Positions 16,701 through 25,742 of a DNA stretch of 55,910 nt are shown piece after piece. Position 1 is the first letter of the stretch, and every line of letters begins with the position of its first letter. Made by a program: the position numbers and the translations under genes. The stretch spans positions 1 to 55,910 of the forward strand of contig CAYPWN010000002.1 in the NCBI GenBank assembly GCA_964414525.1, read 5' to 3'. Below the pieces are notes generated by a model, which ran no database searches, was not told the origin of the DNA, and saw only the letters and a list, made by a program, of their open reading frames with translations. Source of the DNA: an uncultured Candidatus Poseidoniales archaeon. GTDB lineage: Archaea; Thermoplasmatota; Poseidoniia; Poseidoniales; Thalassarchaeaceae.

Positions 16701-19655
16701 TCATATCAGTTCGACGTCTTCATCGTCATACCTATCCACACCAACGGGTTCCTCCTCAGCGGTAACTGGAGCAGGGATTTCTGAGGGGTTGATTGCATCC
16801 TCGTTTTCGGAGTCGGAAAGGGACTCGATCATGTCCATCTGGGCAGCCCATCTCCTTCTGTTGATTCTGCTCTGGAATCCTGCGAATAGAAGTAGTATAC
16901 TCACCACAACAAGGACCAATGTGATTGGTCTCGGATGAGATACCTCATTTACAATAATGTCAATGAATGAGCCAATTTCAACTATCGCTGTTAACGTGAA
17001 CTTTGCCGTCTCCGACTCCGAGAAACTCTGCTCTGTGTCCAGGGGGGTTGCCGTCACAGAAATGGGTACGGAGTCTCCATTATTTGCAGAATCTGGGACA
17101 GATATCTCCAAGGTGAAAGTAGCCTCATCGAACGAATCGATCTCGATTAGAGGGGACCCTGATAGGCCTCCAATTCCTACCTCCCATCCGCTTTGTTCCA
17201 CGTCTGCCTCAAGTAGAACCGTCATTGGACTATTTCCTTCGTTCTTAACCTTCATCTGGATTGAGTACTCCTTACCCGGAACCAATCTCGTGTTCTGTGA
17301 AACTTGGACGATTTCCAGCATTGGCAAGTCTGCTTCTATCTCGAATGTCATAGGGAGATCAAAATATCTGGGTTCGTCCTCCTCTATGTCCTCTACGATT
17401 CTAAGGAAAACCGTGTGATTACCGACCTCGACCTGATTAGTCATAGTTACGCTAACAAAGACCTCTGTGAAGTCTCCCGGGCCCAGTGAAACTCGAGGCA
17501 CTGCTTCTCCATCTGAGTCAGTAATCTGGAAATCCCATTGGCCATAAGCCTGATTTCGGTCTGTATTCTCCTTAAGCGCGGAGGGATTCTGTAGTAGCCA
17601 CCAACTTGCAGCGTCAAGCTCTGTTTCGCTATTGGTTATCCTAGCTCTGAACTCTAGGTATGGCCTATCTTGTCCTGGGGCGCACAGTGAGACCTTCATG
17701 TGGCCGAGAGGGGTTCCATCGCAATCCTGAGAAATCTCCCCCCTTATTCCGAATGTCCTCTGTATCGTGAAAGATACAGTTGTGGTGGTAGACGCGTTTC
17801 CACCGCTAATGACCTCTATCTCTATCTCACCTATGTCCTGGTCCTCTCGGTCCACGCTTGGCTTGACACCCAATATCAGGACCTGTGTGTTGTGCCTCTC
17901 CAGTAGTGATGTGTGGAACGTACCATCGCCCTCGTCTTGATCGATCCTCTGCCCGGTAAGGTTGTCATGTAACTGGAATATGGCCTTTGACCTCTTCACG
18001 ATGTCTATTCGGAAAGTGTCGGCATCGAAACCAGTATTGAAAATCTCTAAAATAAAGGGGTTAAATTCGCCGTATTCTGCGAATCTAGGGACAGTCGCGT
18101 CCAGTGCGTCTCCCCTTGATGAGTTTGCTATTGGTACCGTGTGATCCTCTGACCATATTGAGACAACCGGGGGTTGGTAAACGTCAATCTTCTCGACAAT
18201 AAGCGTAAGAGTGTCTTGGTGGACAACGGAAATTACCCCTTCCACATCTGCCTCTGCAACTGCTCTAATCTCAATCTTCTTCGGCATTCCGGTGAGATCG
18301 TCGGGAGCAGTCAGAGTTACAGTTGGATTCAGGATTGTCCCGCCCGAACTCATCTCATACCCTGCTGGAGAGTCAAACTCCACAAGCCAAGAGCTGCCCA
18401 GTTCAGTGAGTACCTCAAGTTCGACGTTCATAGACTTCGTAGAGTCCCCCCTGTGTACCAGAACCATTGGTATTGGAGTTACCTTTCCAGGTGCGAAATA
18501 TTCCACTCCGCGGTCAAAACGGTGCTTAAGTGAAACTCCAAACTGGTGCATCTCTATGGGTTCATGCTCTATTTCAATCTCGTTGCCGCCGACATCCCTG
18601 ACCTTCAGGATGACTGAATACTCTCCCGATGGGAGGCCACTCCTGTAAGTGTGCAAGTATTTTCCAAATATGCCCGTGCTGGAATCGTCGATGTCCTCCA
18701 TGTCCCCAGTAATCCTCTCATCCACCTCGTAATTCCCATCTGGCCCCCTCATCAGTATGTCCACCCTGGAAATATCGCTCCTACCGAAGGCACTGATCGC
18801 ATCTATCGAGAACTGGACTTCTCTGTCCTCAATTACGTCGTTGGGGTACCAGTCAATTTCTGGGCCTTCAGCGATGTTCGCACCCTTCCTCTGCACCACA
18901 ATTATGCTGTTCATCAGGGCATTGCCATTGACTTCTAGTTTGGAGAACTTGTTGGCTTCGTTGTCAATCTTGTTGAACGCAACTTCGGCCGTGCAATCAG
19001 AACCGCCAAACGGGCTATCGCTGCTGTCGCATCCTGACATGCTCGCCCTGACTTTGACAATCAGCCTCTCGTTCTTCTTCACCTCAAACGACTCAGAGCC
19101 ACCAATCCCAACCTCGATAATCTCGTGATCAAAGTCGCATGTGCTACCCCATGAAGAGGTGCACACGGATCCGCTGTAGGTGGTGCTTCCCACGGACCCG
19201 GATGTTGTCAATATCGATACTGTCCAGTCGACATTGGAGTTCTGTGGGCCCTCAGCCTTGAGGAAGAGCTCGACAGGGAGGTAGTAGGACTCATTTGAGT
19301 GGAATTTGCGTCCGAAAAGTTCCATCGACGACATAAGTGCGATAGACATGAACTGAACGTCGTCGTCTAGCGCGCTGGAGGTCATTTGCTCTTCGTCGGC
19401 AGAGGGCGGCTGAGTAGTAATCAGCCCATCCATGCCCGAAGTCTGATTTTGTCCTGGCTCCGTGAAGTAAAGCTTGTACAGATTGGCATCTGGTGAGCTC
19501 TCAGAGGAATATGATTCTTCTAAATCCTGCAATTCCTGAGCCTTTAATCCGTGTCCAGCAGGCACCAGTATCAGTAAACCGACGACCAATACAACCAGGG
19601 GGGCTTGACGAATAGCCATGCCAGAACAGTGATTTCGCACGATTGTGCGCCGCAT
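16701..19655 (-). CDS. Large secreted surface protein with CARDB/NEW3-type beta-sandwich repeats and a C-terminal TM anchor (COG1470-like)
   Basis: 984-aa ORF. The ATG at 19619 gives a clean signal peptide 'MAIRQAPLVVLVVGLLILVPAGHG'. 'YSIQMKVKNEGNSPMTVLLEADVEQSGWEVGI...ATFTLEISVPDSANNGDSVPISVTA' follows the CARDB/NEW3 pattern. The C-terminal TM 'ITLVLVVVSILLLFAGF' is followed by 'RINRRR' and an acidic tail. The gene is co-oriented with, and 67 bp upstream of, the giant ORF. Confidence 0.8.
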   Translation of the reverse strand: MRRTIVRNHCSGMAIRQAPLVVLVVGLLILVPAGHGLKAQELQDLEESYSSESSPDANLYKLYFTEPGQNQTSGMDGLITTQPPSADEEQMTSSALDDDVQFMSIALMSSMELFGRKFHSNESYYLPVELFLKAEGPQNSNVDWTVSILTTSGSVGSTTYSGSVCTSSWGSTCDFDHEIIEVGIGGSESFEVKKNERLIVKVRASMSGCDSSDSPFGGSDCTAEVAFNKIDNEANKFSKLEVNGNALMNSIIVVQRKGANIAEGPEIDWYPNDVIEDREVQFSIDAISAFGRSDISRVDILMRGPDGNYEVDERITGDMEDIDDSSTGIFGKYLHTYRSGLPSGEYSVILKVRDVGGNEIEIEHEPIEMHQFGVSLKHRFDRGVEYFAPGKVTPIPMVLVHRGDSTKSMNVELEVLTELGSSWLVEFDSPAGYEMSSGGTILNPTVTLTAPDDLTGMPKKIEIRAVAEADVEGVISVVHQDTLTLIVEKIDVYQPPVVSIWSEDHTVPIANSSRGDALDATVPRFAEYGEFNPFILEIFNTGFDADTFRIDIVKRSKAIFQLHDNLTGQRIDQDEGDGTFHTSLLERHNTQVLILGVKPSVDREDQDIGEIEIEVISGGNASTTTTVSFTIQRTFGIRGEISQDCDGTPLGHMKVSLCAPGQDRPYLEFRARITNSETELDAASWWLLQNPSALKENTDRNQAYGQWDFQITDSDGEAVPRVSLGPGDFTEVFVSVTMTNQVEVGNHTVFLRIVEDIEEDEPRYFDLPMTFEIEADLPMLEIVQVSQNTRLVPGKEYSIQMKVKNEGNSPMTVLLEADVEQSGWEVGIGGLSGSPLIEIDSFDEATFTLEISVPDSANNGDSVPISVTATPLDTEQSFSESETAKFTLTAIVEIGSFIDIIVNEVSHPRPITLVLVVVSILLLFAGFQSRINRRRWAAQMDMIESLSDSENEDAINPSEIPAPVTAEEEPVGVDRYDDEDVELI

Positions 19656-19756
19656 CCGGGATGTTAAAGAGTTCGGGAGGTTAGAGCGGTGGATGCATCG
19701 GTTATTGCACGTTCTCGTCCGCTCGGTTGAAATCGAATGTCTGTCCTCGAAAGACT

Positions 19757-19842
19757 GCAGGGGTACCCGAGCTGGTCAAAGGGGCCGGACTTAAGCTCCG
19801 GTGCATAGTGCTTCGTGGGTTCGAATCCCATCCCCTGCACCA
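19757..19842 (+). tRNA. tRNA-Leu (anticodon UAA), class II with a long variable arm and genomically encoded CCA
   Basis: The cloverleaf was folded by hand. The acceptor stem is GCAGGGG/CCCCTGC. The anticodon stem is CCGGA/TCCGG with loop CTTAAGC (TAA at 19792-19794). The variable arm is TGCATAGTGCTTCG and the T-arm is GTGGG-TTCGAAT-CCCAT. The discriminator is A, followed by CCA. Confidence 0.95.
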
Positions 19843-19844
19843 AA

Positions 19845-20252
19845 TTAATCCTTCAATCTAGTAATGCAGCAACCAAGAGCACCCTCAACCCCGGGAACGT
19901 CGGCCTTACTGATCTTGACTGTGGCCGCAATCACCTGCACCGGGGCCAAGATGATATCGAGTAATTCGTTCGCAATTTGCTCGAGTAAATCGAAGCGAGC
20001 GCTTCCTATGACGTGGTCCAAGGCATCGATGAGGTACTCGTAGTCGACTACGTCATTGATACGCAATAATTTTGAATTCTCCTCTGGAATGTGGGCGGCA
20101 TAAATGTCGAAGATGACTCGTTGGCTGGACCCGTATTCAAAATCATGAATACCGACCTCGATTTCGCGGACAGCATTCTCAAGGAATACAACTGTGGCAG
20201 CACCATTGGTCTTAGAAACCAAGCTAGAAAGAGTATCGCCCAAATCTGCCAC
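19845..20252 (-). CDS. folB: Dihydroneopterin aldolase (FolB family)
   Basis: 135 aa. 'VGIHDFEYGSSQRVIFDIYAA' parallels E. coli FolB 'IGVYDWEQTIEQKLVFDIEMA', with the catalytic Glu retained. 'DVVDYEYLIDAL...ARFDLLEQIANELLDIIL' and 'VKISKADVP' (catalytic Lys) are also conserved. Confidence 0.75.
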   Translation of the reverse strand: MADLGDTLSSLVSKTNGAATVVFLENAVREIEVGIHDFEYGSSQRVIFDIYAAHIPEENSKLLRINDVVDYEYLIDALDHVIGSARFDLLEQIANELLDIILAPVQVIAATVKISKADVPGVEGALGCCITRLKD

Positions 20253-20254
20253 TT

Positions 20255-21013
20255 CTACTCCTCGGTTTCGAAAACTACGTCTCTGCCACGGTTAAGGAAT
20301 CTCTCACCACAATCCACGAAAAGAACCTGCCCAGTCAGTGCCTTTGAATTCAAAAGGAAAGAGACCGAATCTGCTACATCTCTTGGTTCTGGCCCATAAC
20401 CAAGAGGGGTCTCTGCCTGAGCCTTTTTGAAGCCATAATCAGTTTGTTCTGGGCTAGCAAGTGTGTGACCCGGTGCTACGGCGTTCACCCGGACCTTTGG
20501 GGCTAGACCTCTGGCAAGAGCTTCTGTCATACCCAACATAGCGTATCTCGAAGCAGTGTAAGATAGGTAGTCGGGATTGGGGGAAGCTATTTTCTGATCG
20601 ATTATGTTGACGACTGAGCCCGATTCGCCATCTGGGATTCCCTCTGCCAATGCCCTAATCAGCATCGTCTGTGCTCTTGCGTTTACAGCCATATGAGAAT
20701 CCCAAGAGCTCTCGCTTACGGAGAATATATCGTCATACTCGAAAATCGACGCGTTGTTTACCAAATCAGTAATTGGGCCTAATTCGGCGTTACACTGGCC
20801 AATTAATCCGGAAGCGGCCCCGATTTCAGAAAGATTGCAGCTCACCGAGACCGCGTCAGAACCCATGGAAACAATTTCCTCCACTACCTCCAAAGATTCG
20901 GGTTCAGAATTTCGATGATGGACGGCAACTGCGAAGCCGTCTCGAGCAAGCCTAAGGCAGATTTCCCTACCAATCCTCTTCGAGCCACCAGTGACAAGCA
21001 CGGTTCTGACCAT
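20255..21013 (-). CDS. Short-chain dehydrogenase/reductase, pteridine reductase (FolM/PTR1)-like
   Basis: The likely start is the ATG at 21013 (MVRTVLVTGGSKRIGREI). 'TGGSKRIG' is the PTR1/FolM-type cofactor motif. 'YTASRYAMLGMTEALARGLAP..RVNAVAPG' supplies the SDR YxxxK region. The gene lies directly upstream of, and co-oriented with, folB. Confidence 0.7.
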   Translation of the reverse strand: MVRTVLVTGGSKRIGREICLRLARDGFAVAVHHRNSEPESLEVVEEIVSMGSDAVSVSCNLSEIGAASGLIGQCNAELGPITDLVNNASIFEYDDIFSVSESSWDSHMAVNARAQTMLIRALAEGIPDGESGSVVNIIDQKIASPNPDYLSYTASRYAMLGMTEALARGLAPKVRVNAVAPGHTLASPEQTDYGFKKAQAETPLGYGPEPRDVADSVSFLLNSKALTGQVLFVDCGERFLNRGRDVVFETEE

Positions 21014-21087
21014 GGCTGCCGGGTGAGAAGCCAGCATTTTACCGATTGGTCGGGCTGGTCTATGGGACCGGCACGAGAAAACGGTTA

Positions 21088-22182
21088 ATGTCGAGCCTTC
21101 ACCCCGGTGTTTTGATGGAGAGGCGATTGCCGACCATAGACCCAGCGGAAGGCTCTCTGGGAGGTTGTGGAGGGATCCCTATCACGAGTCCCGCGGACAA
21201 GAGAAAATCTATGCGGAAGAGGCTGCCTATCTGGTTTAGGACAGCCCTCCCGACTGGGAAGTCCCAGGAGAGGTACAACGATACTAAATCAAACGTTCAC
21301 AAACATGGCCTGAATACAGTATGCGAAGAGGCAAGATGCCCCAATGTCCACGACTGTTGGGGAAGGGGGACTGCAACATTCATGGTTGCAGGAGAGGTTT
21401 GCACTAGAGGGTGTAGATTCTGCGCAGTTGGAACAGTTAAGACTCCTCCAGAATTGGATAGGAATGAGCCTTCAGAGCTTGCAGATGCAGTCTCAAAAAT
21501 GGGCCTCGACTATGCGGTAATCACCGTCGTCAACAGGGATGACTTGCCCGATGGAGGGGCATCTCACTATCGGAATTGTGTGATTGAGGTTGCAAGAAGA
21601 AACCCCGAAACTGGAGTAGAGTTACTGTGCTCAGACTTGGACGGGAACCTTGGCGCCCTGGAGTCATTGCTGAAGAATCTGCCACTGAGAGTATTCGCCC
21701 ACAACGTCGAGTGCGTACCAAGGCTTGACGAAAAAGTCAGGGACCCCAGAGCATCTTTCAAGCAGTCATTGAATATTCTGAAGATGGCGAAGAAGGTTCG
21801 TCCGGAACTGCTGACGAAAACTAGCCTAATGGTAGGCTTAGGGGAGAGTGAAGAGGAGATTGCAGAAGCCTTGGTTATGATTAGGGAATCGGGAGTGGAT
21901 ATGATAACCATCGGGCAGTACCTCCAGCCGAGCTACAAACACATTCCGGTGGATAGGTTCCCAGAACCTGAGAGATTTGCAGATTGGGACCAAATGGCCA
22001 GAGACCTGGGATTCAGTGCTGTTGCTAGCGGACCTCTGGTAAGGTCTAGCTATCGTGCAGGCTTGCTATGGGAAGAGGCATTAGGGGGAGATCCCGTGGT
22101 TACTCGGGATTCCACGGGTTCAGCGGTTAGCCACCTATTTTCTGAAGAGCAGGCTGTATCAGTCAGAGGCCAAACGTCATGA
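21088..22182 (+). CDS. lipA: Lipoyl synthase (radical SAM)
   Basis: 'VCEEARCPNVHDCWGRGTATFMVAGEVCTRGCRFCAV' contains both the auxiliary-cluster motif and the CxxxCxxC radical-SAM motif. The start is uncertain: TTG 21046, ATG 21088 or ATG 21115. Confidence 0.9.
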   Translation: MSSLHPGVLMERRLPTIDPAEGSLGGCGGIPITSPADKRKSMRKRLPIWFRTALPTGKSQERYNDTKSNVHKHGLNTVCEEARCPNVHDCWGRGTATFMVAGEVCTRGCRFCAVGTVKTPPELDRNEPSELADAVSKMGLDYAVITVVNRDDLPDGGASHYRNCVIEVARRNPETGVELLCSDLDGNLGALESLLKNLPLRVFAHNVECVPRLDEKVRDPRASFKQSLNILKMAKKVRPELLTKTSLMVGLGESEEEIAEALVMIRESGVDMITIGQYLQPSYKHIPVDRFPEPERFADWDQMARDLGFSAVASGPLVRSSYRAGLLWEEALGGDPVVTRDSTGSAVSHLFSEEQAVSVRGQTS

Positions 22183-22204
22183 GCGGAGTTGGGGTGTAGG
22201 GAGC

Positions 22205-23440
22205 ATGTCATCCAAGGGCGGCGATTCGAAAATCCAAGTTCCTGACGCACCGTTCAGGCCCGGAGATGAGGCAAGTTTCGAGAACTGGCCATGGAACCCT
22301 GGGGACTTGGAAATGCCAGACCCAAAGACTTGCAGTTTCCAAGACACAGAAGATCTGGCTAAAGGACTTGTGAGAGTTTTGGACGATGACGGAGTTGCTT
22401 CAGGCGAATGGGATCCTAAGCTTACGACAGAAGATCTGCGATCTGGATTAGAACACATGGTTAGGCTGAGGATTTTCGACGACAGGATGATGAAGATGCA
22501 AAGGACTGGTCTGCTATCTTTCTACATGAGGTCATTCGGAGAAGAGGCAGTGGCAATTGCTCAAACCATGGCTCTGGAAGAGGTGGATTGGATTTTCCCC
22601 ACATATAGGCAACCAGGCGCGCAGTTCGTTAGAGGCAGAGACATGGTGAGTATGATTTGCCATTGTATTGGGAACGAAGAAGACAACATCAAGGGTCGGC
22701 AAATGCCTGTCCACTACTCATACCGCGAAGGCCGATTCATTTCCATTTCAAGCCCGGTAGGTACACAGTTCAGCCAGGCCGTAGGGGTAGCCCTAGCCTC
22801 CAAGCACAAGGGACTAGACGAGGTCACAATAACCTGGATAGGTGACGGAGCAAGCGCGGAAGGAGACTACCACTATGCGCTCAACTTCGCCAGCGTTTAC
22901 AACGCCCCCGTAATCCTAAATCTAGTAAATAACCAATGGGCAATTTCCACGCATGCAAACTTCGCCACTGGGAAGGGCAATTTCGCAACAAGAGGGCTCC
23001 CCTACGGATTAGCCTCAATCAGGGTGGATGGGAACGACTTCCTTGCCCTCTACTCTGTTACAAGATGGGCAAGGGAGAGAGCAGCCTCGGGAGCAGGTGC
23101 GACCCATATCGAAGTCCTAACTTACAGAGCGGGGGCTCACAGCAGCAGCGATGATCCCAGCAGGTATAGGCCCGGTGACGAGCACACCAAGTGGCCCGGA
23201 GGTGACCCGATTACTAGATTGAAAGAGCATCTAATAAAGTCTGGCGATTGGACCGAAGAGCAGCATTTGGAACTCGAGGAGAGGATTGACTCTGAGGTAG
23301 TTGACGCATACAAGGAGGCCGTCAAATTTGGAGACTTGGCCAATGGACCATATCCCTCGGCGGATACGATCTTCACCGAAGTGTATGAAGAAGTGCCGTG
23401 GCACCTCAAGGAACAGCATGATGAGGTAATGGGGGGCTGA
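22205..23440 (+). CDS. 2-oxoacid dehydrogenase E1 component, alpha subunit (branched-chain/pyruvate type, TPP-dependent)
   Basis: 411 aa. 'FYMRSFGEEAVAIAQ' and 'YRQPG' are present, as is the TPP-binding segment 'GDGASAEGDYHYALNFASVYNAPVILNLVNNQWAIS'. Confidence 0.9.
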   Translation: MSSKGGDSKIQVPDAPFRPGDEASFENWPWNPGDLEMPDPKTCSFQDTEDLAKGLVRVLDDDGVASGEWDPKLTTEDLRSGLEHMVRLRIFDDRMMKMQRTGLLSFYMRSFGEEAVAIAQTMALEEVDWIFPTYRQPGAQFVRGRDMVSMICHCIGNEEDNIKGRQMPVHYSYREGRFISISSPVGTQFSQAVGVALASKHKGLDEVTITWIGDGASAEGDYHYALNFASVYNAPVILNLVNNQWAISTHANFATGKGNFATRGLPYGLASIRVDGNDFLALYSVTRWARERAASGAGATHIEVLTYRAGAHSSSDDPSRYRPGDEHTKWPGGDPITRLKEHLIKSGDWTEEQHLELEERIDSEVVDAYKEAVKFGDLANGPYPSADTIFTEVYEEVPWHLKEQHDEVMGG

Positions 23441-23442
23441 TT

Positions 23443-24453
23443 ATGGCGAACATGAACATGATACAGTCACTGAACAGTGCGCTTGACAATATGCTCGAAA
23501 AGGACTCCAATGTGATCGTCTTCGGAGAGGATGTAGGGTACTTCGGCGGAGTTTTCAGAACTACAGATGGGCTACAGGAAAGACACGGTGAGCATCGAGT
23601 ATTCGACTCCCCCCTGTCGGAAGGCGGAATCGCCGCAACAGCATTTGGAATGGGTTTGAATGGACTTAGGCCAGTAGTGGAGATTCAGTTCGCAGATTAC
23701 ATCTTCCCTGCATACGACCAGATTGTGAACGAGATGGCAAAGATCCGGCATCGCTCCGGAGGGGAGTACTGGTCTCCTGTGACCCTCAGAACCCCTGCAG
23801 GGGGAGGAATTAGAGGCGGCCATCACCACTCCCAGTCTCCCGAGTCCCAGTTCACCCACACCCCTGGTCTGAAGGTGGTGTACTGCTCAACCCCATACAA
23901 TGCAAAGGGTTTGTTGATTAGCTCGATAGAGTGCAATGACCCGGTGATTTTCTTCGAGCCAAAGAGGTGCTATAGGGGGCCCTTCTACGGAGATCCGCAC
24001 AAAGTACCAACATGGGCAGACCACCCAGAAGCAGAGGTCTCAGAGGATCACTATAGCATTCCGTTAGGGCAAGCAAGATTGGCCATGGAGGGGGACGATT
24101 GTACGGTTATTGCCTGGGGGGCAATGGTTCACGTTTGTGAACAGGCAATAAGGGATAGTGGCGTTTCTTGTGATTTGGTAGATCTGCAGACGCTAGTGCC
24201 ATGGGACAGGGGGGCGATTGTACAGTCTGTCGAGAAGACGGGTAGGTGCGTCATAGTCCACGAAGCCCCCAAGACTAGCGGATTCGGTGCAGAGATGGCT
24301 GCTTCCGTACAGGAGAGGTGCTTCTATCATCTGGAATGCCCAATCGAGAGGGTCACGGGCTGGGACACACCTTTCCCCCATACTACTGAATGGGATTACA
24401 TGCCCGGGCCATCTAGGATCGCCGCGGCGATACATCGTACACAGGAGGACTGA
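23443..24453 (+). CDS. 2-oxoacid dehydrogenase E1 component, beta subunit
   Basis: 336 aa. 'VFGEDVGYFGGVFRTTDGL', 'RVFDSPLSEGGIAATAFGMGLNGLRPVVEIQFADYI' and 'HSQSPE' match transketolase-like E1-beta signatures. Confidence 0.9.
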   Translation: MANMNMIQSLNSALDNMLEKDSNVIVFGEDVGYFGGVFRTTDGLQERHGEHRVFDSPLSEGGIAATAFGMGLNGLRPVVEIQFADYIFPAYDQIVNEMAKIRHRSGGEYWSPVTLRTPAGGGIRGGHHHSQSPESQFTHTPGLKVVYCSTPYNAKGLLISSIECNDPVIFFEPKRCYRGPFYGDPHKVPTWADHPEAEVSEDHYSIPLGQARLAMEGDDCTVIAWGAMVHVCEQAIRDSGVSCDLVDLQTLVPWDRGAIVQSVEKTGRCVIVHEAPKTSGFGAEMAASVQERCFYHLECPIERVTGWDTPFPHTTEWDYMPGPSRIAAAIHRTQED

Positions 24454-24454
24454 G

Positions 24455-25732
24455 ATGGGGAATTTCGTATTCAAACTCCCCGACATAGGGGAAGGTGTGG
24501 TAGAAGGGGAGGTAGTCCAGTGGCATGTTTCCATGGGAGATCAGGTTTCAGAGGACGATCCAATTGTGGATGTAATGACGGACAAAGCGACGGTTACAAT
24601 TCCATCTCCCGTTAGTGGGGTAGTGAGCTCGCTAAGTGGGGGGGTCGGAGATATGATCGCAGTGGGTTCAACGTTATTGGAGATTGATTCCGATGAAAGC
24701 TCGTCTGAGGAAGTCGCAGATGCAGAAGAGGAAGCTCCTGTGGAAGAGACGGAGGATCCTGTGGAAGAGACGGAGGCTGATCCTCCGGCACCGGCTCCAG
24801 CTGCAGAGACTAAGCCAGAAGCGCCCAAACCTATCCCGGGGACACCTCCGAAGAGCCCCGGAAGGGCTCTTGCTAGTCCTGCTGTTAGGAAGCGGGCCAG
24901 GGAAGGGGGTGTAGATCTAAGCATGGTGAGAGGTTCCGGGCCTGCTGGTAGGATTAGGCACGCTGATTTGGACGCGTACATGGCAGCTGACGGAGCTGTT
25001 TCTGGGGCACCCGCTACAGCCTATTCCGCCAAGAGAACCGAGGTCACTGCTGTGAAGGTAGTGGGACTGAGGAGGAGAATATCCGAGCAGATGTCACTCA
25101 GTAAAAGTAGGATTCCTCATTTCTCCTACTTCGAAGAGGCCGATATCACAGAGCTAGAGTCATTGAGGGGATTGCTTAACTCGACCAAGGATGACTCTCA
25201 GCCAAAGTTAACTTACCTTCCTTTCATCATGCTGGCATTATCCAAGATAATGCCCGATCACCCCGAATGTAATGCTCATTTCGATGACGAAGGGGGCGTG
25301 GTGAACAGGCATGCAGCAGTCAACCTAGGAATCGCAACTCAAACTGAAAGGGGGCTTTACGTGCCAGTAGTGAAGCATGTTGAGTCAATGGGCATCTGGA
25401 AGGCCGCCTCGGAAATGCAGAGAGTCACCACAGCAGCCAGAGACGGTAGTGCGAGCTTGGACGAGCTTACGGGATCGACTCTAACCATTACCAGTTTGGG
25501 CAGAGAGGGGGGATTGGGGGCCACACCAATAATCAACCACCCCGAAGTTGCCATCCTGGGAGTCCACAAGGCTAGGGAAATGCCCGTAGTCAGGGGAGGG
25601 CAGATAGTTGTGCGCAGAATCATGAATCTGTCAAGCGCATTCGACCACAGGGTTGTGGATGGCGCGGACGGAGCTTCACTAATTCAGCACCTAAGGAGGA
25701 TGCTGGAGAATCCTGCACTCATCTTCATGTGA
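24455..25732 (+). CDS. 2-oxoacid dehydrogenase E2 (dihydrolipoamide acyltransferase)
   Basis: The ATG at 24455 follows AGGAGG and the E1-beta stop. The lipoyl domain is 'FKLPDIGEGVVEGEVVQWHV...VMTDKATVTIPSP'. An E/P/A-rich linker follows, then the E3-binding domain 'LASPAVRKRAREGGVDLSMVRGSGPAGRI' and the catalytic 'SSAFDHRVVDGA'. Confidence 0.92.
   Translation: MGNFVFKLPDIGEGVVEGEVVQWHVSMGDQVSEDDPIVDVMTDKATVTIPSPVSGVVSSLSGGVGDMIAVGSTLLEIDSDESSSEEVADAEEEAPVEETEDPVEETEADPPAPAPAAETKPEAPKPIPGTPPKSPGRALASPAVRKRAREGGVDLSMVRGSGPAGRIRHADLDAYMAADGAVSGAPATAYSAKRTEVTAVKVVGLRRRISEQMSLSKSRIPHFSYFEEADITELESLRGLLNSTKDDSQPKLTYLPFIMLALSKIMPDHPECNAHFDDEGGVVNRHAAVNLGIATQTERGLYVPVVKHVESMGIWKAASEMQRVTTAARDGSASLDELTGSTLTITSLGREGGLGATPIINHPEVAILGVHKAREMPVVRGGQIVVRRIMNLSSAFDHRVVDGADGASLIQHLRRMLENPALIFM
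24737..24778 (+). repeat. Tandem 21-bp duplication in the E2 linker (PVEETED / PVEETEA)
   Basis: CCTGTGGAAGAGACGGAGGAT at 24737-24757 is followed directly by CCTGTGGAAGAGACGGAGGCT at 24758-24778, a 20/21 match. Confidence 0.85.
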
Positions 25733-25742
25733 GGTACGTGAT

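Noticed and set aside
24287-24454. A 56-codon upstream extension of the E2 ORF that overlaps the end of E1-beta.
   Set aside because: The extension has no lipoyl-domain similarity. The ATG at 24455 is preceded by AGGAGG and begins exactly at the conserved 'FKLPDIGEG' lipoyl domain.
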